From positions 80,449,846-80,513,845 of the forward strand of contig NC_057711.1 in the NCBI RefSeq assembly GCF_004010195.1: a DNA stretch of 64,000 nt. Direction: 5' to 3'. The translations under genes were made by a program, and so were the position numbers. Origin of the DNA: Chiloscyllium plagiosum. Taxonomy: Eukaryota. Below are positions 49,690 through 62,169 of the stretch, piece by piece. Below the pieces are notes generated by a model. That model was not told where the DNA came from and did no database searches. It saw only the letters and a program-made list of their open reading frames with translations. How positions within the stretch are numbered: the stretch's first letter is position 1; every line of letters starts with the position of its first letter.

Positions 49690-49990
49690 GGAAAGATGAA
49701 GACAGATTTGAGAAACATCTACACATGCATGGACTTTGGTGAGGAGAAAGGAAATTGAGTTTGGAAATAGTTTGCAGGTGCCAGGATTGCTTTTTGAAGG
49801 GCGGGTTAATGATGTTAGATTCACAGAACAAAACACGAAGAGGGGAAGCCATTAACAATATTGGCTGAAATGAGGAAGTTGGATAACAGCAGTTTAGAGG
49901 GAACACTGTCAGGACAATAAAATATGAGTTTCATTGAGATGAGCTTAAAAATTTGCAAACAAATATGAAAAAGGGACACTGATTTGTAAA
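49690..49990 (-). mobile_element. L2-like RT fossil (N-terminal part)
   Basis: Minus strand IINPPFKK...ANYF..NFLSPHQS, cf. ITPLLKK..ANYRPISNLPFLSK. Confidence 0.5.
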
Positions 49991-50789
49991 CAGAAAATGA
50001 TGCTAATCGCATAGATGTAACAAGGACAGCTGTCTGTCAATCTTGATTCTTAGATCAGTAATTATGATATATGCCAATGATGGTCCAATCAATCAGCATC
50101 CTCTTCTAATGATATTTAAAATGATATGTCTTTGTTTTTTGCATCCTTGTTCTGATCAGTGCAATTGAAAAGCTTCAGCTTTTTGCCTCCTTATAGCAAT
50201 ATTTAAGTTTGGTACTATCAAACAATTATATGTAAACTTGAGACAAACGTAAAATAAGGAGATGAGCTTGAAGAGCACATGAGAGAGTGAGTTCTTCATT
50301 AAGTAGGATCATTGGAGCATTCCAATGCTAAAACAAATCTTGACTTTAGGGTAGCCTGAGTAAAATCTGGTGGAAAACCCATGGGTGAATAATAGTAGAG
50401 AATACACATTAGAAAAATAGCTAAATGCTGGCAAAATTTTGTACTGATGTTGAGTTTATCTCATGCGTGTCAATAGCCAGAATTCACTGACTTAGCAGGA
50501 TTAACTGACCGATGAAACCTTTCTCACCACTGAAATAGATCCAAGTATTCTGCTATCAATGCAATATTTTACATTTTTACATTTCATATCTAACAAAGCA
50601 TGTAAGAGAAAATAACTTGAAATCTTTCCTTGAATGACCATTTTTAGTACTAATGCTGTTGTTTGTGCCCCTCTTTCACTTTCAAAGAATAAAATGGTCA
50701 ATTGAAAACAAATTACCTTTTCTTTTGCTCATGGGGATTAAGGTCACCTTTCTAAATTGGGCCGAATATAGAATTAAGCAACTTGGCAT

Positions 50790-50965
50790 CATAAGACCAT
50801 AAGACCATAAGACATAGGAGTGGAAGTAAGGCCATTCGGCCCATCGAGTCCACTCCGCCATTCAATCATGGCTGATGCGCATTTCAGCTCCACTTACCAG
50901 CATTCTCCCCGTAGCCCTTAATTCCTCGAGACAACAAGAATCTATCAATCTCGGCCTTGAAGACG
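50790..50965 (-). mobile_element. Young CR1 3' UTR with (TAAGACCA)n tail
   Basis: Matches 16990-17165. Confidence 0.9.
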
Positions 50966-51199
50966 ACTTCATTGAGTTGTAGAAATGAGTTGAGTTGCTA
51001 TAAATGTGTTTTGCTTATTGCTGATGTCTTTTCGAAGTGGATTGAAGCCTACCCTCCTCCTAACGCTACTGCTGAGACTGTGGTGAAGATTTTGTTTAAG
51101 GAAATAATTCCCTGCTTCAGTATACCTGCGTGCATTAGCTCGGACAATGGACCACACTTTGTAGGTAATATTAACGGAGAACTCTGTTCCCAGCTTTGT
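50964..51199 (+). mobile_element. Retroviral-type (ERV/LTR) integrase core fragment, truncated by an N gap
   Basis: YKCVLLIADVFSKWIEAYP..ATAETVVKILFKEIIPCFSIPACISSDNGPHFV, an rve domain including the SDNG second catalytic Asp. Confidence 0.88.
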
Positions 51200-51622
51200 N
51201 NNNNNNNNNNNNNNNNNNNNNNNNNNNNNNNNNNNNNNNNNNNNNNNNNNNNNNNNNNNNNNNNNNNNNNNNNNNNNNNNNNNNNNNNNNNNNNNNNNNN
51301 NNNNNNNNNNNNNNNNNNNNNNNNNNNNNNNNNNNNNNNNNNNNNNNNNNNNNNNNNNNNNNNNNNNNNNNNNNNNNNNNNNNNNNNNNNNNNNNNNNNN
51401 NNNNNNNNNNNNNNNNNNNNNNNNNNNNNNNNNNNNNNNNNNNNNNNNNNNNNNNNNNNNNNNNNNNNNNNNNNNNNNNNNNNNNNNNNNNNNNNNNNNN
51501 NNNNNNNNNNNNNNNNNNNNNNNNNNNNNNNNNNNNNNNNNNNNNNNNNNNNNNNNNNNNNNNNNNNNNNNNNNNNNNNNNNNNNNNNNNNNNNNNNNNN
51601 NNNNNNNNNNNNNNNNNNNNNN
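51200..51622. other. Assembly gap (423 N)
   Basis: Run of N. Confidence 1.
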
Positions 51623-51803
51623 AAAAAAACCTTTTATCCCAACTCTCTGCCTTCTGTTAGACAGCCAATCCTCAATCCATCCCAGCAGCTCACCTCGAAC
51701 ACCATGGGCCCTCACCTTGCTCAGCAGCCTCCCGTGTGGCACCTTATCAAAGGCCTTTTGAAAGTCTAGATAGACCACATCCACTGGGTTTCCCTGGTCT
51801 AAC
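51623..51803 (-). mobile_element. CR1 RT fragment
   Basis: DVVYLDFQKAFDKVPHGRLLSKVRAHGVRG..WLSNRRQRVGI. Confidence 0.93.
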
Positions 51804-54413
51804 CTGGGTCCTGGAGATGGTCTGCGATATGAATAGATGAGAACAGGTACTTCAAAAGGAAATAAAACATTAATAGTAAATTAATGTAAATTAATGTAAA
51901 TTACACCTTACCAGGTAGCATATGATAAAAGACAGATAAACATGTCCTTGTAGGATTTTGGGGTGACTGCTTTTCCAGAGAGCCAAAAGCCTCTTCTTAA
52001 TCGGCCATATCCATGGTGGTCATGCTCAGCATTCTGCCACTCACTCTAATGTTTTTCAACCTGAAATTCATCCTTTGATAAGATTGGCACATGAACACCA
52101 TAAATTTGTAATGTAAAGTCTGTATACAAAATGAAGACCTACTTCTTCGCTTTATAAATGTTGATGGGAATATTTCCAGCAATTCCCGAGATGAGTTTAA
52201 AATTCAAGCATTGCTGTGTTTTTTTTCTGTTTTTATTGCCCTTTAATGGGAAGCTTTTGCTTAGCCTTCAGTTCAAATTAGGCCTTCTCAGTGGACTGGA
52301 TCCTTGTATGTGGTTTCCCTTGCTTCGATAATATTGAATAGCGTTATTTCCCTTTTCTTAGACTGGGTATGGTGCCAGCTGAGGTTGCCTTTTTCTCAGT
52401 TATTGTTTGTAGTGGCTCACTGGGCTTTCCTTTTATCTCACTGAGGACATCTGACCTCTGTTCAGCAGCTCTCCATAATGCCATGGAAAAGATTCCAAGC
52501 TCACTGGGAAGAAAAGGAACTTCTGCTATTTCTATTTCAACCACATGATGTGACACAAAAGATTTGCATGGGACACAATATCTTCAAACATTTATTCACA
52601 GTGACAGTATTTAAAACAATAAAAAATCTTTCCATATCAGGATGCGACATAACACTAAGTGTTAGCATGTCATTATGATTTTTCACAGTTTCATTAAACT
52701 CTATATTATTCATATGAAACCAATAAATTATATAGATTAAAAAGACTGGAACTTAATATTCGAGTTTAAGGACTTCTGATAAATGCTCAGGCATTACTGT
52801 CACATTGTATGACTTCACTTGAACTCCTAATTGTGTTGCTGTCCCATAATTACCTTGTAGCTAATCATTATCTGATATGCAGTTATTATTTAGTCTTAAT
52901 AACAATGTGTGGAAGACAGTTGGGAAGCTTCAAGATGAATGTTGTGCTGTCAACTGTTTGTTTACTCATGTAAACTGTGGTGTACTACATAAATATCTCC
53001 TACACAACAAAAAGAGCAGTTTTTTTCAGACTATCTCATAAGTGATAGTCTCAGCCACCTTCAGTCAAGCGCAATTGCAGCCTTCTGACTCCAGGCTGGT
53101 TTATCCACAACAATATTCATTTGAATTTTCATGACGATGTATGCAAGAGGCAGCTGTAGAGCATTATAAAGATTATTTGAAGGTAAACACATTAGACCCT
53201 TGGGAGATAGACAAAAGCAGTTAAATACATTGAACAAAGATCTAAGAAACAAATTTGCATGGAGCTTACAATGCTGACATTTATCCTATATTATCACAAA
53301 AGGATTAGTTACATTACATTACTACATCAATGTTATGTATTGTGCTTCCTGCTATCAGTGAATAGGTTGCGAGTGAGAGAAAATTTAATAGGTAGTGGTT
53401 TTCGGTAATGGAAGAGTTACTTCATTAAAAAAAAGCTTTTTGAAAATGCACAGTACAGATTGTTCTTAACATCAGGCAAGTCAGTCTTGTGGAAGCTTGC
53501 TGTTAAATCAAATGCTCCAGTGACTGCACTACCAGCTTTGAAGTCCAGATATTAGAACACAGTTGAGCAAGTCATGATATATTCCTCAGGTCAGTTTGTA
53601 AATTGTAAGATCTTCTGCAGAAATATAAAATATGCTTCAGATTTTAAAAGATTGCCTTTAAATATAATATATACCAAGAAAAAACTTCTTCTTCAAATCA
53701 ATAAGAGAATACTGCTTCGCAGCAACGAAACAGAGACTGCAGAAAGATGCTGGTGGTGAGATTGATGTTGATACCGTTCACTGCCAAGTGAAATGCCAAT
53801 AATGCTTGTATAGCATTTTGTGAGGGCAATGGGAGTATTGATTCCTGAGCAATAATAAAGAGTGAGGCAGCTCTCTTAGGTAAAAAAAATATTGGCAGCT
53901 GTAAGGGAGAATTGACTCAGAGAGACCTGACTGCTGCCCTGTCTTAATACAAATAATTCAAGCCTCAGTGGGATTTTGATGCAGCCAAGCATGTTTCTCA
54001 AGTACATTTCTTGCTATTAATTTATCTGGAGCTTTAGAGGCCTATCACTAGATTAGTCAGTGAGGAATACAGGGTCAAAATGGATTTCTTGGGGCTTGTT
54101 GAGAGAAAACAACCGAGTTGTGGGAAATTGCCAAGGACATGAAAGTTTAATTCAGCAGAATGGGTAATGCTTCCAGGAATTCAACAGATAAAATGTGGTG
54201 AAAGGTGTGTTGAGTAGGTTTGAACTGATTCCTCTATTGTCTTGATATTAAAAAGAGTCTATGATAGAATACAGAGTGTACAGTGATTGAGTCACCAGAC
54301 GTGCAAACACAGGAACTCACTGCGAGATTTGACACGGCAGAAAGCCTTCCTGTCATGGTGAAAATGGAGGACGAGCCCAGAAATCTCAGGTTCCTTCCCC
54401 AAACACAGTATTT

Positions 54414-54739
54414 CATCATAGAATCCCTACAGTATGGAAGCAGGCCATTCAGTCCATCAAGTCCACACCAATTCTCCGAAGAGCATCCTATCCCCACCCC
54501 ATAACCATGCATTCCCCATGGCTAATCCACCTAGCCTGCACATCCCTGAACATTATGGGCAATTCAGCATGGCCAATCCACCTAATATGCACATCTTTGT
54601 TCTGTGAGAGGAAACTGGAACATTTAGGAAATCCAGGGAGAACATGCAAACTCCACACAGACAGTTGCCTGTGGTGGGATCAAAACTGGGTTCTGATGCT
54701 GTGAGTCAACAGAGTTAAGTACTAAGCTACCATGCCACC
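54414..54739 (-). mobile_element. HE1-like V-SINE
   Basis: Homologous to 22661-22982 and 55941-56242. Confidence 0.87.
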
Positions 54740-54742
54740 TAC

Positions 54743-54944
54743 TGAAATAACTCCACAGAAATCAGTACAAAGTCACCCTTTATTTACACATTAACAGTCT
54801 TTGATTGCCTTATATACAGCTTATTAGATAGGGTATCAGTATTTCTGGCACTCGCCCTTTTTATATGCTCTTCAATTGACAGCCCCAGTCAAGAAACTTA
54901 TAATCTATGAGATCCAATTGACTGACCTCGTTACAATCACTACA
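54743..54944 (-). mobile_element. Probable Gypsy-type solo LTR (202 bp)
   Basis: TG...CA ends (TGAAATAACT ... ATCACTACA), minus-strand TATAAA and AATAAA, flanks CCTAC / CATAC. Confidence 0.6.
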
Positions 54945-55940
54945 CATACCTCCTCTTAAGTTAAATATTGTTGGCCTAGGAATGAGTGTAAAGCCTAATG
55001 TGCGCAAAGAGGATTTGGCAAGGGCAGATCTGAATTTGTGCATTTATTTGGATACCAACAGAATTGTTACACCATTGATAGAAGTTATTCAGCCCAATGG
55101 ATTTGTGCCAGCTTTCTGAATCAGCAAATTACTTAATGCTTTTTTTTATAACAGTCTAATTGTATTTTCTTAAATCTTCTATTGAACCTGCCGGCCACAC
55201 TTACAGGCTGTGCATTCTAGATCTTGACCAGTCACAGCATGAAAAGATTGTTTTTTCCCCATTTCCTTTGACAAATATGGTACCCCTTTGGATATAATCC
55301 CAGGTCACTTTAGGAGAGATAAAATGTCCTTTCAAAGAGCTGAGGTGCTAGTTAGAATGGGTAAAGAGACACATGAATGTGCATAATAATGGCAAAAAGC
55401 CATTAAATATGAAGCTCATTGGAACTATCAACAAACTTGTCAAAATCAACTGTTAAAAGAATCAAAAATGACTGCCAGAAGGACCTGTCAAAAAGTACTT
55501 AAGTGTCCTTGCTTTAAATCTTTGATTAAAAGAAATGTGTGAAGTGTTAAAGCATTGTTTTTCATTCTGTCTGATGAAAGAAGCTGGAGGGTTTTCAATC
55601 CTGGATTATTGCTGCATGACTGATATCACAACCATTCATTCTCACAGTAGGGTGCCTGCGATTTCACAGTTTGATTTTTTTTTAAATCAACCTGTTCAGA
55701 GATGTTATGACACACATCTCTGAAACAGATAGGGACTTGAACCAAGCCTCCTGACTCAGACACCACCCCATTGCACTGCATAGTTTAAGGGACTGCTCCA
55801 TGTCATTCTGGACTCTTTGAAGTGAGACTGTAAATGGATTCTAATACTTTTTGTTATAAGTGTTTGTGCATTAGAATGAATAGTTTGTTTTTATCAGCTA
55901 TTATGTAATTAAAAGGATGTAAATGCCACTAAACTGTTTT

Positions 55941-56242
55941 TAGAATAGATTCACTACTGTGTGGAAACTGGCCCTTCGGCCCAACAAGTCCACACCGACC
56001 CTTCAAAGAGTAACCCATCCAGACCCATTTCACTCTGACTAATGCACCTAACACTATGGCCAATTCACCTGATCTGCACATCTTTGGACTATGGGAGAAA
56101 ACCAGAGCACCCGGAGGATACCCACACAGACATGGGTAGAATGTGCAAACTCCGCCCAGACAGTTGCCCAAGGCTGGAATCGAAACTGGGTCCCTGGTAC
56201 TGTGAGGCAGCAGTGCTAACCACTGAGCCACCATGCCACCCC
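55941..56242 (-). mobile_element. HE1-like V-SINE, full length
   Basis: Head GGGTGGCATGGTGGCTCAGTGGTTAGCACTGCTGCC, B-box-like GTTTCGATTCC, V-domain and tail. Confidence 0.92.
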
Positions 56243-56780
56243 TAATGACTGATATATTTCAATATAGTGGAAACTGTAATGCACACTTACACCTCTATTG
56301 AGTAATGTTTTATTTTAATCCATTTTCTCATGGATCCTGAGGTCTGCCTATGTTGGATAGTAGGTAAGTTGATATACTAAGTTTGGGAGTAGTGGGTGGG
56401 AAACATGAGTTAGTATGAGTTGTCATAATTGCTATAAAAGGATACAAGGGATATAAGGAAGATGTAGTTGCACAGATTATTTAAGGCAGTTGAAAGAGCC
56501 ATGGGGGTGGTAGAGGGGCATAAATTGGAATGAAGATTATCAGAGGCCTTGGGGGGGTTGGTACAGGGGGATAGGTTGGCAAGGGCTGTATAGCATTATG
56601 GGAATGGGTACAGACCATGAGGTGACAATGTTGGATCATGGGGAGTATACATCAAAGATAATGGTATCTCAGGGGTGAAGGCTGGAGGGATGTTTGCTGT
56701 CTTAAACTTTGGTTTTTGGAACTTCAATACAGTTCTAATTCCAATGGCCCAGCCCACATTTATACCCAGCATTCTTCACT

Positions 56781-56894
56781 CTCCTGGTGAAGGGCTCTTA
56801 CCGAAACGTCGACTCTCATGTCCTCAGATGCTGTGCTTTTGCAGCGCCACACTCTCAACTCTGACCTCCAGCATCGGCAAACCTAACTTCCTCC
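56781..56894 (+). mobile_element. Short Penelope-derived insertion with mutated hammerhead head
   Basis: CTC-CTGGTGA-AGGGCTCTTACC-GAA-ACGT-C; TSD CATTCTTCACT at 56770 and 56895. Confidence 0.82.
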
Positions 56895-57195
56895 CATTCT
56901 TCACTTTCAGTCTGAGGTTACCCTTCCCAATTTCTCACATGGCCAGTTCTTCATCCCCAACTAAAAATCCAAAGTCCAAGCAGCCATTTGTAAATGTTGG
57001 ATTCCCAGAAGACAGCAGGGATTTTTTCCTACACTGCTCCCCAACTTGCAGACAAAAATCCAAGCCACAGTACCACAAACGAATTATAACACGAAAGCAC
57101 TGTTAAGTGAATCATTTTTGACTTGATTTGTAAAAGAAAAATTAATGAAGAAATCTGTATCTATGGATTTGTAACATCAGTTTAAGCAACATGTC

Positions 57196-57496
57196 GGGGC
57201 AACACCTTGGTGGTTAGCATTGCTGCCTCACTGCGCCAGGGACCTGGGTTTGATTCCCACCTCAGGCGACTGTGTGGAGTTTGCACATTCTCCCTGTGTC
57301 TGCATGGATTTCCTCTAGGTGCTCTGGTTTCCTCCCACAATCCAAAGATGTGCAGGTCAGATGAATTGGCCATGCTAAATTGCCAAATCATGGGTAAAAA
57401 TAGAGTAAGGGAATGGGTCTGGGTGGGTTACTCTTCAGATGGTCACTGTTGACTTGTTGGGCTGGAGGGCCTGTTTCCATTCTAGGGAATCTAATC
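57196..57496 (+). mobile_element. HE1-like V-SINE
   Basis: Head, V-domain and GGGAATCTAATC tail. Confidence 0.9.
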
Positions 57497-58677
57497 AATA
57501 TATCTGAAAGAATCGAAAGTTGCTGACTTATCTGTATTTAAAACATAGCAGGTATTAAAGCACTTGCATAAAGGATAAACTGCTGCATGATTTTTTTCAA
57601 AGACTTTACCAAGAAAGTTGACCAATAAATTGCCAATTGCTTTGTCTACCCAGGTTGATATGAGGTCAATGGTTAAATTGCAGCTGATAATCGACCTGGT
57701 TCAGCATAAATCCTTTATGAACTACAGTTTCCAAGCAATCCTTAAAAATCGTGTCTAAATGGATAAATAATTGTTTTTTGAAAAGAACCGACTCATACAA
57801 AAAAACCTCTAGATTTAAGCAGCACCATCTCTGAAATTTTTGATAGGAGGTACATTATGAAAGAAAGTAAAATGGTGGCTAAAATTTGTAAAAGGCCTTT
57901 GACAGAAATTGGCTTAAGAACAAGCTTTAAAAGATTGAAGTTAGTTTGCATGATTGATACTGCTTTGAATGCTATACGAAAATATCTCAAATCTCATGTT
58001 GGCCTCTATGAACATTAAACTGAAATTTCCTTATCCAGTCCGTTTCCCACCTCTGAATGAAAGAAGAGTGTGCCCAAACATTTAGGTCTTCCACTGGTTT
58101 TGAGTAGCTGTAGCATCAGAGCCAGAGCAGCAGAAGGCCCAACCTCACCTGATACCTGAATAATTTATGACACTTAGGCTTGAAGACCAACCTTTGCAGC
58201 TGCATGTAATGATTAATTTTTCTGTGAATGCTCGAGACTATTTTCCCTTCTGGTATCTTAATTTTCCAGAGCAGAATTTGTGAGTCTGTATAACTCAGAT
58301 TTCTTGAATTCTCACTTCAACCTACTCAACCTTGATAGAAGGATGATGGAACTGGAGACAGTCTTTCAAATGGGCATCTGTATATTAGCTTTTCAATGGA
58401 GGAAGTAAAGAAGAAAAGACTGATAGATCAGCATCATGAGGTGGGTACAATGGTAAGAAAATACACATGCTCGATTAAGTAAAACTGGAATTAAAAATAT
58501 GCTTCAGTAATTTTGAGCATGAAACTACCAGATTTTTGTAAAACCCAAACTGATTCACAAATATCCTTTAAGCAATCTTTACCTAATCTTGCAAATATAT
58601 GACTCTAGAACTACAGCAGCATGGTTGACTATTTACTGCCTTCTGAACTGACATAGCATGTCACTTAGTTATACCAA

Positions 58678-58808
58678 GGCAGAAGTGGGTACTGTAGATG
58701 CTGGAGATTAGAGTCAAGATTAGAGTGGTGCTGGAAAAGCACAAGATCAGGCAGCATCTGAGGAGTAGGAAAATTGACATTTGGGACAAAAGCCCTTCAT
58801 CAGGAATG
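58678..58808 (-). mobile_element. Short Penelope-derived fragment with damaged hammerhead
   Basis: Minus strand ATTCCTGATGAAGGGCTTTTGTCCCAAATGTCAATT; GAAA is mutated; the body is like 46570-46665. Confidence 0.8.
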
Positions 58809-59739
58809 ATATATAATAACAAGCTATTGACATGCAATGAGCCTGTGGGTTACACTGGTTGAGATCAGCCCTCCTTCCACCAAAGACACCTTTCTTTTCC
58901 AGCAAGAGTTCACTCAACCGCCCCAGGTACCTTCCCTTCCCTTTCTAACCTATTGCTAGAAGTGTCCTTACATTAGTACTTTGCATTGTCTTCTCCAGTG
59001 AGCTGTCAAAGCTGAGTTATTCAAGGTTCATATTCAAGCCGAGTTAAACTGATTTTTGATTGACAAGTGAGTCAAAGGTTATGAGGCAGAAGCAGAAAGA
59101 TGGAGTGAGGGTCAGAGTATATTGGCCATGACTTTGTTGACAGATAGAGCAGCTTCCAAAGACAGAATAGCTTATTCTTGTTGCTATTCTTGTGATCTCA
59201 AGCATTGACCTTATTAGCCAACAGCTTAAGTGAGCCATATGAAAGACACCCCACCTGAAATGGATAGTTTGCTACATTTCCATTAACTTCTGGAGATGGA
59301 GAGATGGCAGTAATACTACCAATCTGGTCAGGTTTCAGGTACTTCACAATTGAAACCCTCAACACATCTGTGCACTAATAATACTGCCTTTCCTTGTATT
59401 ATTTACACAGGGGATGTTGTCACCAGTGGCTAGGTGGTCACTTTTATTGCTCATCCCTATGTACCATTGAGAAGGCGCTGATAAGCGATTACCTACAGCT
59501 ACTGCATTCTTTGGGGTTTCAGGATACCTATAGTGATATTAGCTGGGAGTTACAGGACTGCCCCAGCTGTCCTCCCTCACCATCACTATGTGCTGCTGTC
59601 CATTACACACTTTTCGACTTGGAACTTGCTGTCCTAGCAACAATACATAATTCACAGCAACTGCTTGCTAAGCAGGCACAAACTCAGCAAAACTAGCAGC
59701 ATTTGTAGAGAGAGAGGTAGAGTTAATCTATTGAGACTG

Positions 59740-59863
59740 CGGGTTTGGAGGGATATGGGTCGAGTGCTGGCAGGTGGGACTAGATTGGGTTGGGATATCT
59801 GGTCGGCATGGACGGGTTAGACTGAAGGGTTTGTTTCCATGTTGTACATCTCTATGACTCTAT
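59740..59863 (+). mobile_element. CR1 3' UTR tail
   Basis: GGGTTTGGAGGGATATGG...CATCTCTATGACTCTAT. Confidence 0.88.
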
Positions 59864-59869
59864 AACTGT

Positions 59870-60095
59870 GTGCTTAGCAGTTGCACTGATGAGGCAATAA
59901 TTGGTCAAATCGGATTTGTCCTGCTTTTTGTGGACTGGACAGACCTGGGCAATTTTCCACATTGCTGGATAAATACCAATGTTGTAGCTGTACTGAAATT
60001 GAGCTTGGCACATAGCTAGGTCTGGTGCACAAGTCTTCCTGGGTATTATTGGAATGTTTTCAGGGCCACGGGGCCTTTGGAGGCATCTAGTAACC
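59870..60095 (-). mobile_element. CR1-Zenon-like fragment
   Basis: Collinear with 13790-14000. Confidence 0.65.
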
Positions 60096-60499
60096 TGGAG
60101 GGGTAATAAAATTTCCTCCTTAAGCTATGGTACAGCATCACCATTTTTGATACACTGGAGTAAGTGTGGTAGATTAGTGCACAATAAAGGGAGCATTGGA
60201 ATAGTTAATTATGGATTTAGAAAGGGCATGGCTAAGACGAGTATAGAGAAGTAAACTTTTCTTATGACACAAGTGATATGAGGGGAGTAATTTCTAATAA
60301 AATTGAAGAAGCCCTTAATATTTGCAAACTATCTGGTTCATCCTCAAAACATCTTAGTCTTTAGAGATAGCACTCCATTTGTACACCACAGTCCCATTTT
60401 AAGCAGTGATTGAACAATGCCACCCTGCTGTCATTTGGACATGTACATTTCAGAAAGTTGTCATCTTCATCTGTTATACTGTTAAATAAACTGTAACAG

Positions 60500-62065
60500 T
60501 GAATGTTCTGTAGGGCAGAGAATAAATCAGAGGTTAATAAGAATATGTATAAAAGCTGCACATTGATCACTGGTGACTTTAATCTTCAAGTAGATTGTGA
60601 AAATAAAGCTTGCAGAGCGAACTATGAAGAAAAATTCGTCGAGTGCATTTGGGAGTTTCCTGGAACAATGTCTTGTGAATTCAACCAGAGGCCAGGCTCT
60701 TTGGATCTGATCGAGAGAGATGGGGAGAGGAAATAAGCAGAATAAATTTATCACTACGGACAAAGTGATTGAAAACCAAATGGGTAAAAGCATTTAATTC
60801 TCTTGATTTGATGGGTTATGTCTCAGGATTTTAAAATGTATAATTGCGAAGACAATGGATGGATGCACTGGTATGTTCTAAGATCCTTTAGAATCTGGAA
60901 ACTCCCAGATGATTGGAAAACTGTCTTTAGTTTAGAAAGGAGGAAGTCAAAAATCAGGGAATGATAAGCAGTTCTTTGAGGAGGTTGCAAGCAGAGTAGA
61001 TAAAGGGGAACCTGCAAATGTAATCCATTTAGATTTCCAGGAGCTATTCAATAATGCACCAGACATTAGACTACTTAAATAAATAAGATCCATTGCTTTG
61101 GGAGCAATATATTAGAACAAATTGAGGATTGACTAACTATTAAATTGCGGGGTGAATTTGTACTTGCAGAATTACATTTTATTTTGCTCAAAAACTGCAT
61201 GAATCCATGTAAGATTCTGTAAATCTATTTTTTAAATTAGATTCAGTCTGAACATTGGGGCACAGACAGCCTCACACAGGGCACCTCGCATCTTCAATGC
61301 ATTATCTGAGCTGACATGGCACTTATTGTTAAAGTTCACTTGAGAATGTAACTTTAAAAAAATTCTGGGATTTACATATGAAAGAACTGAAACCAACATG
61401 CCCATTCTAAAGGATGAGAGACTTAACAAACAATCCAGATCTTTTTCAATATGTAATTTCAGTTGCATCACACTGTAAAATCCAAATCAAGTCTACGGAA
61501 GGATAATGAGTAGGCAAAATAAATTGGCAGATGAAATGTAATGTGGGAAAATATGAGGCTATGCTGTTTGGCAGTAAGAATAGCACAGCTGAATATTATC
61601 TAAATGTAGCAAGACTGTAGAAAGCTGCAGCCCAGAGGGATTTGGCGTTTCTTGTGCATGAATCACCAAATGCTCATATATATGTTCAGCATGTATTGGA
61701 GAGTCAAATGAATTTTAGCCTTTATTTCACAGGGAATAGATATAACCAATAGATAAGTCTTGCTAAATCTATACAAGGCATTAGTTAGATGACAGCTGGA
61801 TTAGTGTGAACAGTTTTGTCCCCATATCTAAGGAAAGGTGCAATGGCATTCCAGAGAAGATTCAGTAGGTTTATCTTGTGCAGAGAGAAATTGTCTTATG
61901 AGGAGAGATTAGGTAGGTTGGGCTTGTACTCATAGAAATTTAGCAGAATTAGAGGAGACCTTATTGAAAAGTTTCTTAGGTGGCTTGACAGGCTAGATGT
62001 GGAGAGGATGTTTCCCCTTGTGTAAGTATCTAGGACCAGTGGACATAATTTCTGAGTAAGATTTA
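60500..62065 (+). mobile_element. Old, internally deleted CR1 (EN to 3' end)
   Basis: ITGDFNLQVD (ORF 60503); LDFQELF, WQMKCNVGK and GLYS..RIRGDLIE remnants. Confidence 0.8.
61143..61480 (+). mobile_element. Penelope 3'-UTR fragment (same family as 48661-48840) inserted in CR1
   Basis: 61425-61480 (AACAAACAATC..TTCAATATGTAATTTCAGTTGCATCACACTGTAAA) matches the reverse complement of 48790-48840. Confidence 0.7.
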
Positions 62066-62169
62066 AGACTATCAATTACAGTTTACTTTCAGATTGAGGA
62101 TAAATAGGAGAAATATTTACATATTGCATGTTACATACTAAAAGGCCAGTTGGAAATTTTACACAAAGC

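Noticed and set aside
50957..51784. 270/271 aa ORFs suggesting an integrase-RT fusion
   Set aside because: They span 423 N, and the integrase (plus) and CR1 RT (minus) are on opposite strands.
52344..52556. 70 aa ORF as a host exon
   Set aside because: No recognisable domain or convincing splice sites; the length is compatible with chance.
53670..53800. Possible coding exon (EYCFAATKQRLQKDAG..) with a GTGAGA donor
   Set aside because: No good acceptor and no recognisable protein similarity.
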